NCBI RefSeq assembly: GCF_001735745.1
Contig: NZ_CP017260.1
Coordinates: forward strand, 1,470,001-1,502,000
Length of the DNA stretch: 32,000 nt
Direction of reading: 5' to 3'
Origin: Formosa sp. Hel1_33_131
GTDB taxonomy: Bacteria; Bacteroidota; Bacteroidia; Flavobacteriales; Flavobacteriaceae
A model generated the notes under the pieces. It made no database searches, had not been told where the DNA came from, and saw only the letters and a list, made by a program, of their open reading frames with translations. A program made the position numbers and the translations under genes. Position 1 is the first letter of the stretch. Each line of letters starts with the position of its first letter. Below, piece by piece: positions 24,847-32,000 of this stretch.

Positions 24847-25785
24847 ATGCAAGAAAAAATATTAATAACGGGGGCTGGGGGGCAATTAGGATTTGTTCTA
24901 ACATTGAAACTCCAAGAAAAGTTTGGGGTAGATCATGTCATTGCAACCGATCTTTATTCCAAGGTTGGATTTAGTGGACACTTTGAAACTTTAGATGCGA
25001 CGGATTTTCAGAAATTAGAATCCATCGTCATTAAGCATAACATCACGCAAATTTATCACCTAGCAGCAATTTTATCCGCCAGTGGAGAAAAGACTCCAAC
25101 CATGACTTGGGACTTAAACATGAAGACGCTTATCAACGTCTTAGAAGTTTCAAGAATTCATGAAGTCAATAAAGTTTTTTTCCCAAGCTCCATAGCAGTT
25201 TTTGGAGCAAATGCACTAAAAGACAATACCGCTCAAGATCAGTTTTTATTACCCTCCACTATTTACGGAGTGAGTAAAGCTGCTGGCGAAAATTGGGCAA
25301 ATTATTACCACCAAAAATACAGATTGGACGTAAGATCGTTAAGATACCCCGGCGTGATAGGACACGAATCTTTGCCTGGTGGGGGCACCACAGATTATGC
25401 AGTTGATATATTTCACAAAGCCATTGACAACAAACCTTTTGAATGTTTTTTGAGTGCATCAACTCTGTTGCCAATGATTTATATGGACGATGCAATCCGA
25501 GCCACCATAGAACTCATGGACGCGCCTAAAGAAAACATCACAATTCGATCTTCTTATAATTTAGCAGGCATGAGTTTTAATCCAAATCAACTATTTTTGA
25601 GGATTAGAAACACATACCCTGAATTCAAAATCAATTACAAGCCAGATTTCAGACAACAGATCGCGGACACTTGGCCAAACAGCATTGACGATTCAAAAGC
25701 TGCCAATGATTGGGGTTGGAAACCTAAATACGATTTGGAAGCCATGACCGAGAGTATGATTAAAAATTTAAAATTAAAACAGTAA
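24847..25785 (+). CDS. tdh: L-threonine 3-dehydrogenase, extended-SDR (epimerase-like) type
   Basis: Rossmann motif ILITGAGGQLG and catalytic YGVSK, 312 aa. It is immediately followed by kbl, the classical threonine-to-glycine pair. Confidence 0.8.
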   Translation: MQEKILITGAGGQLGFVLTLKLQEKFGVDHVIATDLYSKVGFSGHFETLDATDFQKLESIVIKHNITQIYHLAAILSASGEKTPTMTWDLNMKTLINVLEVSRIHEVNKVFFPSSIAVFGANALKDNTAQDQFLLPSTIYGVSKAAGENWANYYHQKYRLDVRSLRYPGVIGHESLPGGGTTDYAVDIFHKAIDNKPFECFLSASTLLPMIYMDDAIRATIELMDAPKENITIRSSYNLAGMSFNPNQLFLRIRNTYPEFKINYKPDFRQQIADTWPNSIDDSKAANDWGWKPKYDLEAMTESMIKNLKLKQ

Positions 25786-25804
25786 TTTAATACAGAAAAG
25801 AACC

Positions 25805-26992
25805 ATGTACGGAACCATTAAAAACGATTTTCAAAAGGATATTGATGCTATAAAATCAAGTGGACTTTATAAAGCTGAAAGAGTATTGACTTCAAAGCAA
25901 GGACCCGAAATAAATACCACATCGCAATCAAATGTATTAAATTTTTGTGCGAATAATTATTTAGGACTTTCGGCACATCCCAAAGTCATTCAAGCAGGTA
26001 TCGATGCACTAAACACACACGGTTTTGGACTTTCGTCCGTACGATTTATTTGTGGAACTCAGGACATCCATAAAGAATTAGAAGAAAAAACAGCACACTA
26101 TTTAGGCATGGAAGATTGCATTTTGTACGCTGCTGCTTTTGATGCCAACGGGGGGCTTTTTGAACCCTTGCTTGGGGCAGAAGATGCCGTGATTTCCGAT
26201 GCACTAAATCATGCATCCATAATTGATGGAATCCGTCTTTGTAAAGCGAAGCGTTTTAGATATACCCATAACAATATGGAATCTCTTGAAGAACAACTCA
26301 TACAAGCGTCTTCTTCTCGACGTAAATTAATTGTGACGGACGGGTCTTTTTCTATGGACGGCACCGTAGCGCAATTGGATAAAATTTGTGATTTGGCAGA
26401 CAAGTACAATGCTCTCGTCATGATCGATGAGTGTCACTCAACAGGGTTTCTTGGAGCGACTGGTAGAGGCGTACACGAACATCACAACGTTATAGACCGC
26501 GTTGATATAATCACAGGGACGTATGGAAAAGCACTGGGTGGAGCTTCGGGTGGGTTTACAGCAGCTCGAAAAGAAATCGTGGATATCCTAAGACAACATT
26601 CTCGACCTTACTTATTTTCAAATACACTAGCGCCCGCCATTGTTGGAGCCACACTTCAGGTTTTAGATATGATTTCTGACTCCAATGAATTGAGAGACAA
26701 ATTAGAAGCAAACACCACCTTTTTTCGCACAGAAATGACGGCGGCAGGATTTGATATTGTGCCAGGCATTCATCCCATTGTACCCATTATGTTGTATGAT
26801 GCATCCTTGGCTCAAGAATTTTCGGAGAAACTCTTGGAAGAAGGCATTTATGTGATTGGTTTTTTCTTTCCAGTTGTGCCAAAAGACAAAGCTAGAATTA
26901 GAGTACAACTGTCTGCAGCGCATGAAAAACAACACATTCAAAAAGCCATCAATGCATTTATTAAAGTTGGAAAAAAATTAAAAGTTATTTAA
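25805..26992 (+). CDS. kbl: Glycine C-acetyltransferase (2-amino-3-ketobutyrate CoA ligase)
   Basis: 395-aa alpha-oxoamine synthase with NFCANNYLGL, SDALNHASIIDG, DECHSTGF and GTYGKALGGASGGF (PLP lysine). Confidence 0.93.
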   Translation: MYGTIKNDFQKDIDAIKSSGLYKAERVLTSKQGPEINTTSQSNVLNFCANNYLGLSAHPKVIQAGIDALNTHGFGLSSVRFICGTQDIHKELEEKTAHYLGMEDCILYAAAFDANGGLFEPLLGAEDAVISDALNHASIIDGIRLCKAKRFRYTHNNMESLEEQLIQASSSRRKLIVTDGSFSMDGTVAQLDKICDLADKYNALVMIDECHSTGFLGATGRGVHEHHNVIDRVDIITGTYGKALGGASGGFTAARKEIVDILRQHSRPYLFSNTLAPAIVGATLQVLDMISDSNELRDKLEANTTFFRTEMTAAGFDIVPGIHPIVPIMLYDASLAQEFSEKLLEEGIYVIGFFFPVVPKDKARIRVQLSAAHEKQHIQKAINAFIKVGKKLKVI

Positions 26993-27008
26993 TATATTGC
27001 AATTTATT

Positions 27009-27083
27009 CGGGATGTGGCGCAGTCCGGTTAGCGTACACGGCTGGGGGTCGTGTGGTCGCAGGTTCAAATCCTGTCATCCCGA
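27009..27083 (+). tRNA. tRNA-Pro (anticodon GGG)
   Basis: Hand-folded cloverleaf: acceptor CGGGATG/CATCCCG, anticodon arm CACGG-CTGGGGG-TCGTG, T-arm GCAGG-TTCAAAT-CCTGT. 75 nt. Confidence 0.9.
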
Positions 27084-27177
27084 CAAAAAATTGTAGTCTT
27101 TTTCATTTTATATAATTAACTTGCGTTTTACAAGTATAAGTTTTATCTTGTTCGCTCAACCAATTTAATTTTTTAAG

Positions 27178-27936
27178 ATGAAAAAACAACTCCTTATTAT
27201 TTTAACATTTTGTCTATCAACAGTCGTTTTTGGACAACGAAATTCTAAACAAGAATACTGGAACACATGGCGTTTTACTCCAAAAACGGATATGGTTCAG
27301 AAATTTGAATCTGCTGTAGCACTCAAAACAAAAACATTTAATTCAAGTCCTGAGTTAGGGATTTTCACTTATAAAGTTATCACAGGCCCAAACAATGGGA
27401 CTTACGAAAGAGTAGAAGCCAACAAAAAACCTGCGGATTACGATGTGGACCGTTCAGTTGAAGGTGCGTATTGGGACAAAAATGTCGCTAAATACATTGC
27501 AAAGGAACAAGGTCAAAAAAGATGGCAACGTCTAAAAAATGGGTCCTATAATTTTGATCCTGAAACGGGAACTCCATCAAAATACATCACCAGAACGGTG
27601 TATGATGTAAAAGCCGATAAAATAATGCACTTTAGAAGATTTATGTCAAGAATCACTGAAATCCTGACGTTAAGAGAAATGGATGTCAATGTACTTTTCT
27701 TCAGACTTGTGAGCGGTGGAAGTAGAAATCAATTTGTAAGAGTTGTTGGCTTTTCGAGTTATGAGCGTATGATGAAATCAAGTGAAACGACTTGGGAAGA
27801 AGACTACAACAAATTATTTGGTTGGGGCTCATGGTCAGAAGACATCGCTAATTTTGACGCCTCTCTTGAAATGTATGGCGAAAAAGTAGAAACACTTCAA
27901 CTCATGCCAGCGCTTTCTTCTGGAATGATGAACTAA
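27178..27936 (+). CDS. Secreted protein of unknown function (two-fold internal repeat, possibly ferredoxin-like/dimeric alpha-beta barrel)
   Basis: Signal peptide MKKQLLIILTFCLSTVVFGQ and no recognisable catalytic motif. The internal repeat is judged by eye only. Confidence 0.45.
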   Translation: MKKQLLIILTFCLSTVVFGQRNSKQEYWNTWRFTPKTDMVQKFESAVALKTKTFNSSPELGIFTYKVITGPNNGTYERVEANKKPADYDVDRSVEGAYWDKNVAKYIAKEQGQKRWQRLKNGSYNFDPETGTPSKYITRTVYDVKADKIMHFRRFMSRITEILTLREMDVNVLFFRLVSGGSRNQFVRVVGFSSYERMMKSSETTWEEDYNKLFGWGSWSEDIANFDASLEMYGEKVETLQLMPALSSGMMN

Positions 27937-27967
27937 TGAAACCAATAACTTTTAAATATATAATAGA

Positions 27968-28738
27968 ATGAAAAAATTAATTTTTACACTTTTAGTCGCA
28001 GCAACAACGGGCTTAAACGCTCAAATTATGGTTGTGAATGAAATAGAAACGGAATCTTCAGAAAATTTCTCAACTATGGTGACGCAATGGATGGAGGCCA
28101 TCAAAACAACGCTAGAAATTGAGGATGCCAAGACGTACACATTTGCAGAACCAGGAACCAAAAAGATTCAGTTTCTACAATTTCACGAATCGCTGACCGA
28201 AATGGTTGCGTACAGAAATAGACAAGATGAAAATCAAGAAAAAATATGGAACACTTTACAAAGCATGGAACCACTTCCAGAAGGAACAGTGGATGCGTTT
28301 AATGATGTAACCAGCTTTAAAGAGTCCTCTGTTTGGGAATTCATGCCAGAACTAAGCACCACTCCTGAAACTTGGACCATTCTTTCCAGAGCAGAAAAAG
28401 ACGAACAGTTTTACAGACGTATCCAATTTGTCAATGTGAAGATGAATGCAGACAATGCTTATGAAGATTGGAACAAAAAAATGAATGCTCTTGATAAAAA
28501 ATTAGGCATCAGCTATCATTATGCGATCTTCAAATCTGTATTTGGAGCTAAGGACGCAGATTATATGGTGATGTGTATCGATAAATCTCAATTCGAATAC
28601 TTTAGCAACTGGGAAAAACGTACAGAAATTAGAGAACAAAGTGCGGAGTACAAAGCATTGGTAGGCGAGCTTTCAATCAGTCAATGGTCGATAATTAGTG
28701 AGTTTACATGGAATCGTATTTTAGAATTAACATTCTAA
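27968..28738 (+). CDS. Secreted protein of unknown function, likely distant paralog of the preceding gene
   Basis: Signal peptide MKKLIFTLLVAATTGLNAQ. It has a similar length and two-halves pattern, and shares W..(F/L)MPELS-like segments with the upstream protein. Confidence 0.45.
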   Translation: MKKLIFTLLVAATTGLNAQIMVVNEIETESSENFSTMVTQWMEAIKTTLEIEDAKTYTFAEPGTKKIQFLQFHESLTEMVAYRNRQDENQEKIWNTLQSMEPLPEGTVDAFNDVTSFKESSVWEFMPELSTTPETWTILSRAEKDEQFYRRIQFVNVKMNADNAYEDWNKKMNALDKKLGISYHYAIFKSVFGAKDADYMVMCIDKSQFEYFSNWEKRTEIREQSAEYKALVGELSISQWSIISEFTWNRILELTF

Positions 28739-28760
28739 TTTACTGTATTTTATAATTTAT

Positions 28761-28788
28761 AAGGAAGGGGCATTCCCTTCCTTTTTTT
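28761..28788 (+). terminator. Rho-independent terminator
   Basis: aaggaaggg-gcatt-cccttcctt (9-bp perfect stem) followed by a T-run. Confidence 0.8.
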
Positions 28789-28833
28789 ATGTCAAAAATT
28801 TGTTAAAATTGATGTATTTGTAATTAAACATAA

Positions 28834-28841
28834 TAAGTTTG
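28834..28841 (+). promoter_or_regulatory. Candidate -7 box (TAAGTTTG) for the HxlR gene
   Basis: TAnnTTTG match 23 nt upstream of the ATG at 28865. Confidence 0.4.
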
Positions 28842-28864
28842 TAATTCACTCAAATCTATCAATT

Positions 28865-29296
28865 ATGAGAGCCAACAGATCCCAATGCCCTTTGGTAAAT
28901 GTTCTTGACATCGTAGGAGACAAATGGACTTTAATCATTATTAGAGACTTGTTTTTAGGAAAGAAAACATTTACTGAATTCATGAATTCTCCAGAAAAAT
29001 TTGCCTCAAATATTTTGAGCAACCGCTTAGAATTTTTAATTAATCACGGACTACTAAAGGTGATTAAACTTCCATACGATAAAAAAACAAAAATTTACTA
29101 CCTAACCGATAAAGGGATTGATTTGTATCCAATTCTTTATGAAATGATGTATTGGAGCAAGCGAAATTTAGACGAAGAATATGGCCCACTCGGTATTCAG
29201 TTTTTTAAAAACTCTAAAAGGGTGTCCTCGAAAACGTTTATTAAAAAAACCCAATCTAAATACACTGAGGCTAGAAATGAGTTTTTAAACGTATAA
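28865..29296 (+). CDS. HxlR family winged-helix transcriptional regulator
   Basis: CPLVNVLDIVGDKWTLIIIRDLFLGKKTFTEF.. and ..SNRLEFLINHGLL match the HxlR DUF24 signature. Confidence 0.85.
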   Translation: MRANRSQCPLVNVLDIVGDKWTLIIIRDLFLGKKTFTEFMNSPEKFASNILSNRLEFLINHGLLKVIKLPYDKKTKIYYLTDKGIDLYPILYEMMYWSKRNLDEEYGPLGIQFFKNSKRVSSKTFIKKTQSKYTEARNEFLNV

Positions 29297-29369
29297 AGTT
29301 TTTTATTCGCTTCTTTTTATTAAATTGCGTTTAGCAAGTATTCATAAACCAATTTAATAAAAAACCAAC

Positions 29370-30278
29370 ATGAAAAAATTACTTTACACATTAACTTTTT
29401 GCTCAAGCTTATTTTTAACGGCGCAAACTGCAGGCGTATTTTTAGGAGAAGGTGAAGACAATGGAAAATCGTTTACAATCGGAAGCGATGCATCTGTTGA
29501 AGCCATACAAAAAACAGCGAAAGATTACAACTCCAAAGATGTTGCTGCGCTAATGACTAATTACACAAAAGAATTTTCAGAAAAAGCAATGGACTGGTCA
29601 GTAGATTGGTTGGGTTCTATGGAAACAATTACGATGGATCCTTATATGATTGTCCCTGTGAAAATGGAAGGCTCAGAAAACACAATGGTGTTAACGTGGT
29701 CTACTGAAGACAGAGATTTTAAAGACGGTTCAAAAGAAGATTTAGACCTCATGGAAATCTTTACAGTTGACAAAGACAACAAAGTGACAGCATTTTCTCA
29801 ATGGGTTCAAAGGTTGGAAACAAGTAACTTTGGCTTGAACTACGGTGGGAAATTCATCGGAGACGGTACTTCAGAATGGTCTGGAAGACCTTTGGTATTT
29901 TCAAACAGAGGCGAAGTTGAAGCGATCGAAACATTAGTTGCGGCTTATAATAACAGGGACGCAGAAGCCTGTAATGCAGTCTTTGCTGAAGGCGCAGAGT
30001 TTTTGGATTCAGAAGGAAATAAAATGACGTTAAACACTGAACTTTGGGATTCTATGTTTACAAGCTTTACAGAATTGTCATGGGAAGTGAAATCAATCGT
30101 TCCATTAAAAATTCAAAATACAGATACAGAATCTGGAGTGACTGTTTTTTCAAGAGAAAGAAGAGTTCATACAGACGGTACTGTTTGGGAAAAGGAACTC
30201 GTAGAATGGTTCTATTTCAATAAAGAAGGAAAAATTGCTAGAGCAACACAATACGAAAGAAGCTTGCCAAAAGAATAA
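29370..30278 (+). CDS. Secreted protein with tandem NTF2/SnoaL-like domains, function unknown
   Basis: Signal peptide, then two similar domain starts: SVEAIQKTAKDYNSKDVAALMTNY and EVEAIETLVAAYNNRDAEACNAVF. Confidence 0.55.
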   Translation: MKKLLYTLTFCSSLFLTAQTAGVFLGEGEDNGKSFTIGSDASVEAIQKTAKDYNSKDVAALMTNYTKEFSEKAMDWSVDWLGSMETITMDPYMIVPVKMEGSENTMVLTWSTEDRDFKDGSKEDLDLMEIFTVDKDNKVTAFSQWVQRLETSNFGLNYGGKFIGDGTSEWSGRPLVFSNRGEVEAIETLVAAYNNRDAEACNAVFAEGAEFLDSEGNKMTLNTELWDSMFTSFTELSWEVKSIVPLKIQNTDTESGVTVFSRERRVHTDGTVWEKELVEWFYFNKEGKIARATQYERSLPKE

Positions 30279-30457
30279 GGGATTTAATTTTTTATAAATC
30301 TTAGAAAATAAATAAAATTTTAACTTATATAAACCCAATTCACCATATAGGTTGTATGTCAGAACACCTACTTATTTCACAACCAAAATGGAAATGCACT
30401 AAACGACTCCTTTATTTTTTACGCTAAAATGTGACGTCCTGAAATAGCGTTACAAAA

Positions 30458-31387
30458 TTAATAAATTAAAGGTAGTGATTTTTTATCACTGCCTTTTTTG
30501 TTTTTATATTGTTTTCTTTTGATTGTATTTTGTTTATGCATTTGTTTAGGCGTTAACATATAATTTGATAAATGGGGTCTAAAATCATTATATATTTTTA
30601 TTGAATTTTGCACCAATTTACCTTTAGTTTCAAGGTTAGTATCGTATTTATCAATATCAAATTCCTGCTTTAAAATACCATTTACACGCTCTGCAATTGC
30701 ATTTTCATAAGGGTCATATTTCTCAGTCATACTTGGTTTAATATTGTTTACATCTAGTGTTTTTTGATATTCATTTGAACAATACTGTAGTCCTCTATCA
30801 GAATGATGAATAATAGGTTCTTTCGTATAGTTTCTGTTTTTTAGTGCCATCTCTAAAGCATTTAAAGACCCTTTAACACTTAAACTATCGGACACATTAT
30901 AACCCATGATTTTCTTGGAATACGCATCTGTTATTAATGATAAATAACTTGGATTCCTCCTATTTCCTATATAAGTAATATCACTTACCCAAACCTGTTC
31001 TGGACGTATAAACTCTAATTTTTTAATCTGATTTTTATGTTTTCTAAATCGATGATGAGAGTTTGTGGTAATGTGATATTTCTTTTTAGGCTTAATCAAT
31101 AACCGATTTGCTCTTAGTATTTTAAATAATTTATCTCTGCCAACTCCAAGCTCTTTTAAGTCTTCTTTTAATAAATAATACAATTTCCTTGTACCAATTT
31201 TTGGCATGATAATACGTTTTGATTTCACTAATTCTATCACTTTAAAACTTAATTGAAGTTTTTCTTTGGTGGATTTAATAGATCGATAATAAACCTGTCT
31301 ATGAACCCCAAGTAACTCACAGGTAGCTGTTATGCTTTGTTTGTGTTGACTCGAGAAGTCTTTTATTACTTGGGTTCTTGCTTTTTT
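30458..31387 (-). CDS. IS3 transposase OrfB (DDE/rve catalytic part), expressed as an OrfAB fusion by -1 frameshift
   Basis: The -1 frame is open from the slippery heptamer A-AAA-AAG (revcomp of 31381-31387) to 30458. The DDE triad context is WVSDITYI, HHSDRGLQY, NAIAERVNGILKQE. Confidence 0.88.
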   Translation of the reverse strand, partial: KKARTQVIKDFSSQHKQSITATCELLGVHRQVYYRSIKSTKEKLQLSFKVIELVKSKRIIMPKIGTRKLYYLLKEDLKELGVGRDKLFKILRANRLLIKPKKKYHITTNSHHRFRKHKNQIKKLEFIRPEQVWVSDITYIGNRRNPSYLSLITDAYSKKIMGYNVSDSLSVKGSLNALEMALKNRNYTKEPIIHHSDRGLQYCSNEYQKTLDVNNIKPSMTEKYDPYENAIAERVNGILKQEFDIDKYDTNLETKGKLVQNSIKIYNDFRPHLSNYMLTPKQMHKQNTIKRKQYKNKKGSDKKSLPLIY

Positions 31388-31761
31388 CTGATAGGAATAT
31401 TGAACTCTTTTTCTGCAATATCTATCATCATATCAAACAAAATAGCTTTCTTATCCGCTCTTTCTGCTAAATATTCCGCCCTGTTTTTTTGCTTCTCAAG
31501 CAATTTAACTTGTTGTTCTAATTCTAAAATACGTTGTTCTGGTGTTTTAGACATACCTTGTTGAATTGTATATTGATAATCAAAGTTACCATATTTTTTT
31601 AACCAATTCCGAACTGTAGAAGCTGCTTGAATTCCATACCTGTCTAAAGCACCTGTTGTGGTTAATAATCCTTGCTCAATTTCTTGTACAATTTGTAGTT
31701 TTAAGCTTAAACTGTAATCTTTCTGTGTTCGCTTTTTGTAAGTTGAACCTTGTGTTTCCAT
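31366..31761 (-). CDS. IS3 transposase OrfA (HTH / leucine-zipper part)
   Basis: 131 aa in IS3 OrfA style (LKLQIVQEIEQG.., a coiled-coil LELEQQVKLLEKQ). It ends just after the slippery site. Confidence 0.9.
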   Translation of the reverse strand: METQGSTYKKRTQKDYSLSLKLQIVQEIEQGLLTTTGALDRYGIQAASTVRNWLKKYGNFDYQYTIQQGMSKTPEQRILELEQQVKLLEKQKNRAEYLAERADKKAILFDMMIDIAEKEFNIPIRKKQEPK

Positions 31762-31790
31762 AATTAAATAGTGTTAGGTGTAACGCTATT

Positions 31791-32000
31791 TTAGGACGGG
31801 ACAAAAAGTAAAAACAAAAGACCATTTATTTTGTCACCAAGAGTTTTCCTTAGTATAGAAAATGCTTTTGTAATATGACCTTCTACAGATTTTGTGGAAA
31901 TATTTAAATAGTCTGCAATTTCTATATTGGTGAGTCCTTCATACTTACTTAATAAAAAGGTTTCCTTACATTTAGGAGGCAGGTTTTGAATTTCTTTTTT
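31791..32000 (-). CDS. ECF-type RNA polymerase sigma-70 factor, 3' portion only (5' end beyond window), native C-terminus replaced by IS3 insertion
   Basis: Manual translation of the minus strand gives KKEIQNLPPKCKETFLLSKYEGLTNIEIADYLNISTKSVEGHITKAFSILRKTLGDKINGLLFLLF-VPS*, which contains the sigma region 4 HTH. The last 13 nt, including the stop, lie inside the IS terminal repeat. Confidence 0.75.
   Translation of the reverse strand, partial: KKEIQNLPPKCKETFLLSKYEGLTNIEIADYLNISTKSVEGHITKAFSILRKTLGDKINGLLFLLFVPS

Larger units (their letters stand above)
30430..31803 (-). mobile_element. Complete IS3-family insertion sequence (1374 bp)
   Basis: Terminal inverted repeats tgtgacgtcctgaaatagcgttaca (30430-30454) and tgtcccgtcctaaaatagcgttaca (revcomp of 31779-31803) match at 22/25 with TG..CA ends. 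The two-ORF layout has an A6G slippery site. The flanks are A-runs, so a 3-4 bp target duplication (aaa/aaaa) is possible but ambiguous. Confidence 0.9.

Noticed and set aside
31337-31564. 75-aa plus-strand ORF inside the IS3 element
   Set aside because: It is antisense to IS3 OrfA/OrfB, with a low-complexity hydrophobic translation and no support.

Overview
The window looks like a low-GC Bacteroidota (Flavobacteriia-type) chromosome segment. This call rests on TTTG/TAnnTTTG promoter boxes, Bacteroidota-specific families (HYC_CC_PP-like, DUF3347, HMBD modules) and the gene content.

Feature map:
- 1-8.3 kb, housekeeping: radA (5' cut by the window edge), bacilliredoxin, a TerB/DnaJ membrane protein, a ZIP transporter, feoA-feoB plus an untracked 43-aa Cys-rich ORF, an SCO protein and rseP.
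- 8.37 kb: tRNA-Asn.
- 8.6-19.8 kb, Cu/Ag-type metal-resistance cluster: small Cys-rich protein, an oversized CusA/CzcA pump, a four-helix-bundle (23S IVS-protein family) gene, a TolC-like OMF, an HMBD lipoprotein, a CopA-type P1B ATPase, a CusB-like adaptor with DUF3347, and a periplasmic HMA protein.
- 19.9-21.8 kb: a CBS protein and two SnoaL/NTF2-like lipoproteins.
- 22.0-27.0 kb: CDGSH protein, purU, a GIY-YIG nuclease, and lrp with divergent tdh-kbl.
- 27.0-30.3 kb: tRNA-Pro, then a block of uncharacterised secreted proteins with an HxlR regulator.
- 30.4-32.0 kb: a complete IS3-family element inserted into the 3' end of an ECF sigma gene that runs off the window.

No CRISPR array, integrase or recognisable defence system was seen.

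Most unusual signals:
1. A GIY-YIG gene bracketed by two ~235-bp, ~98% identical direct repeats built from inverted hairpin doublets. The hairpin family is dispersed at gene 3' ends and shows compensatory stem changes.
2. A four-helix-bundle gene cassette flanked by degenerate GTGAAAA-type heptamer tracts. The tracts are read in frame by both neighbouring efflux genes and recur inside czcA.
3. A 34/37-nt direct repeat bracketing the whole metal cluster next to tRNA-Asn.

All functional ideas attached to these signals are inference from sequence inspection only.
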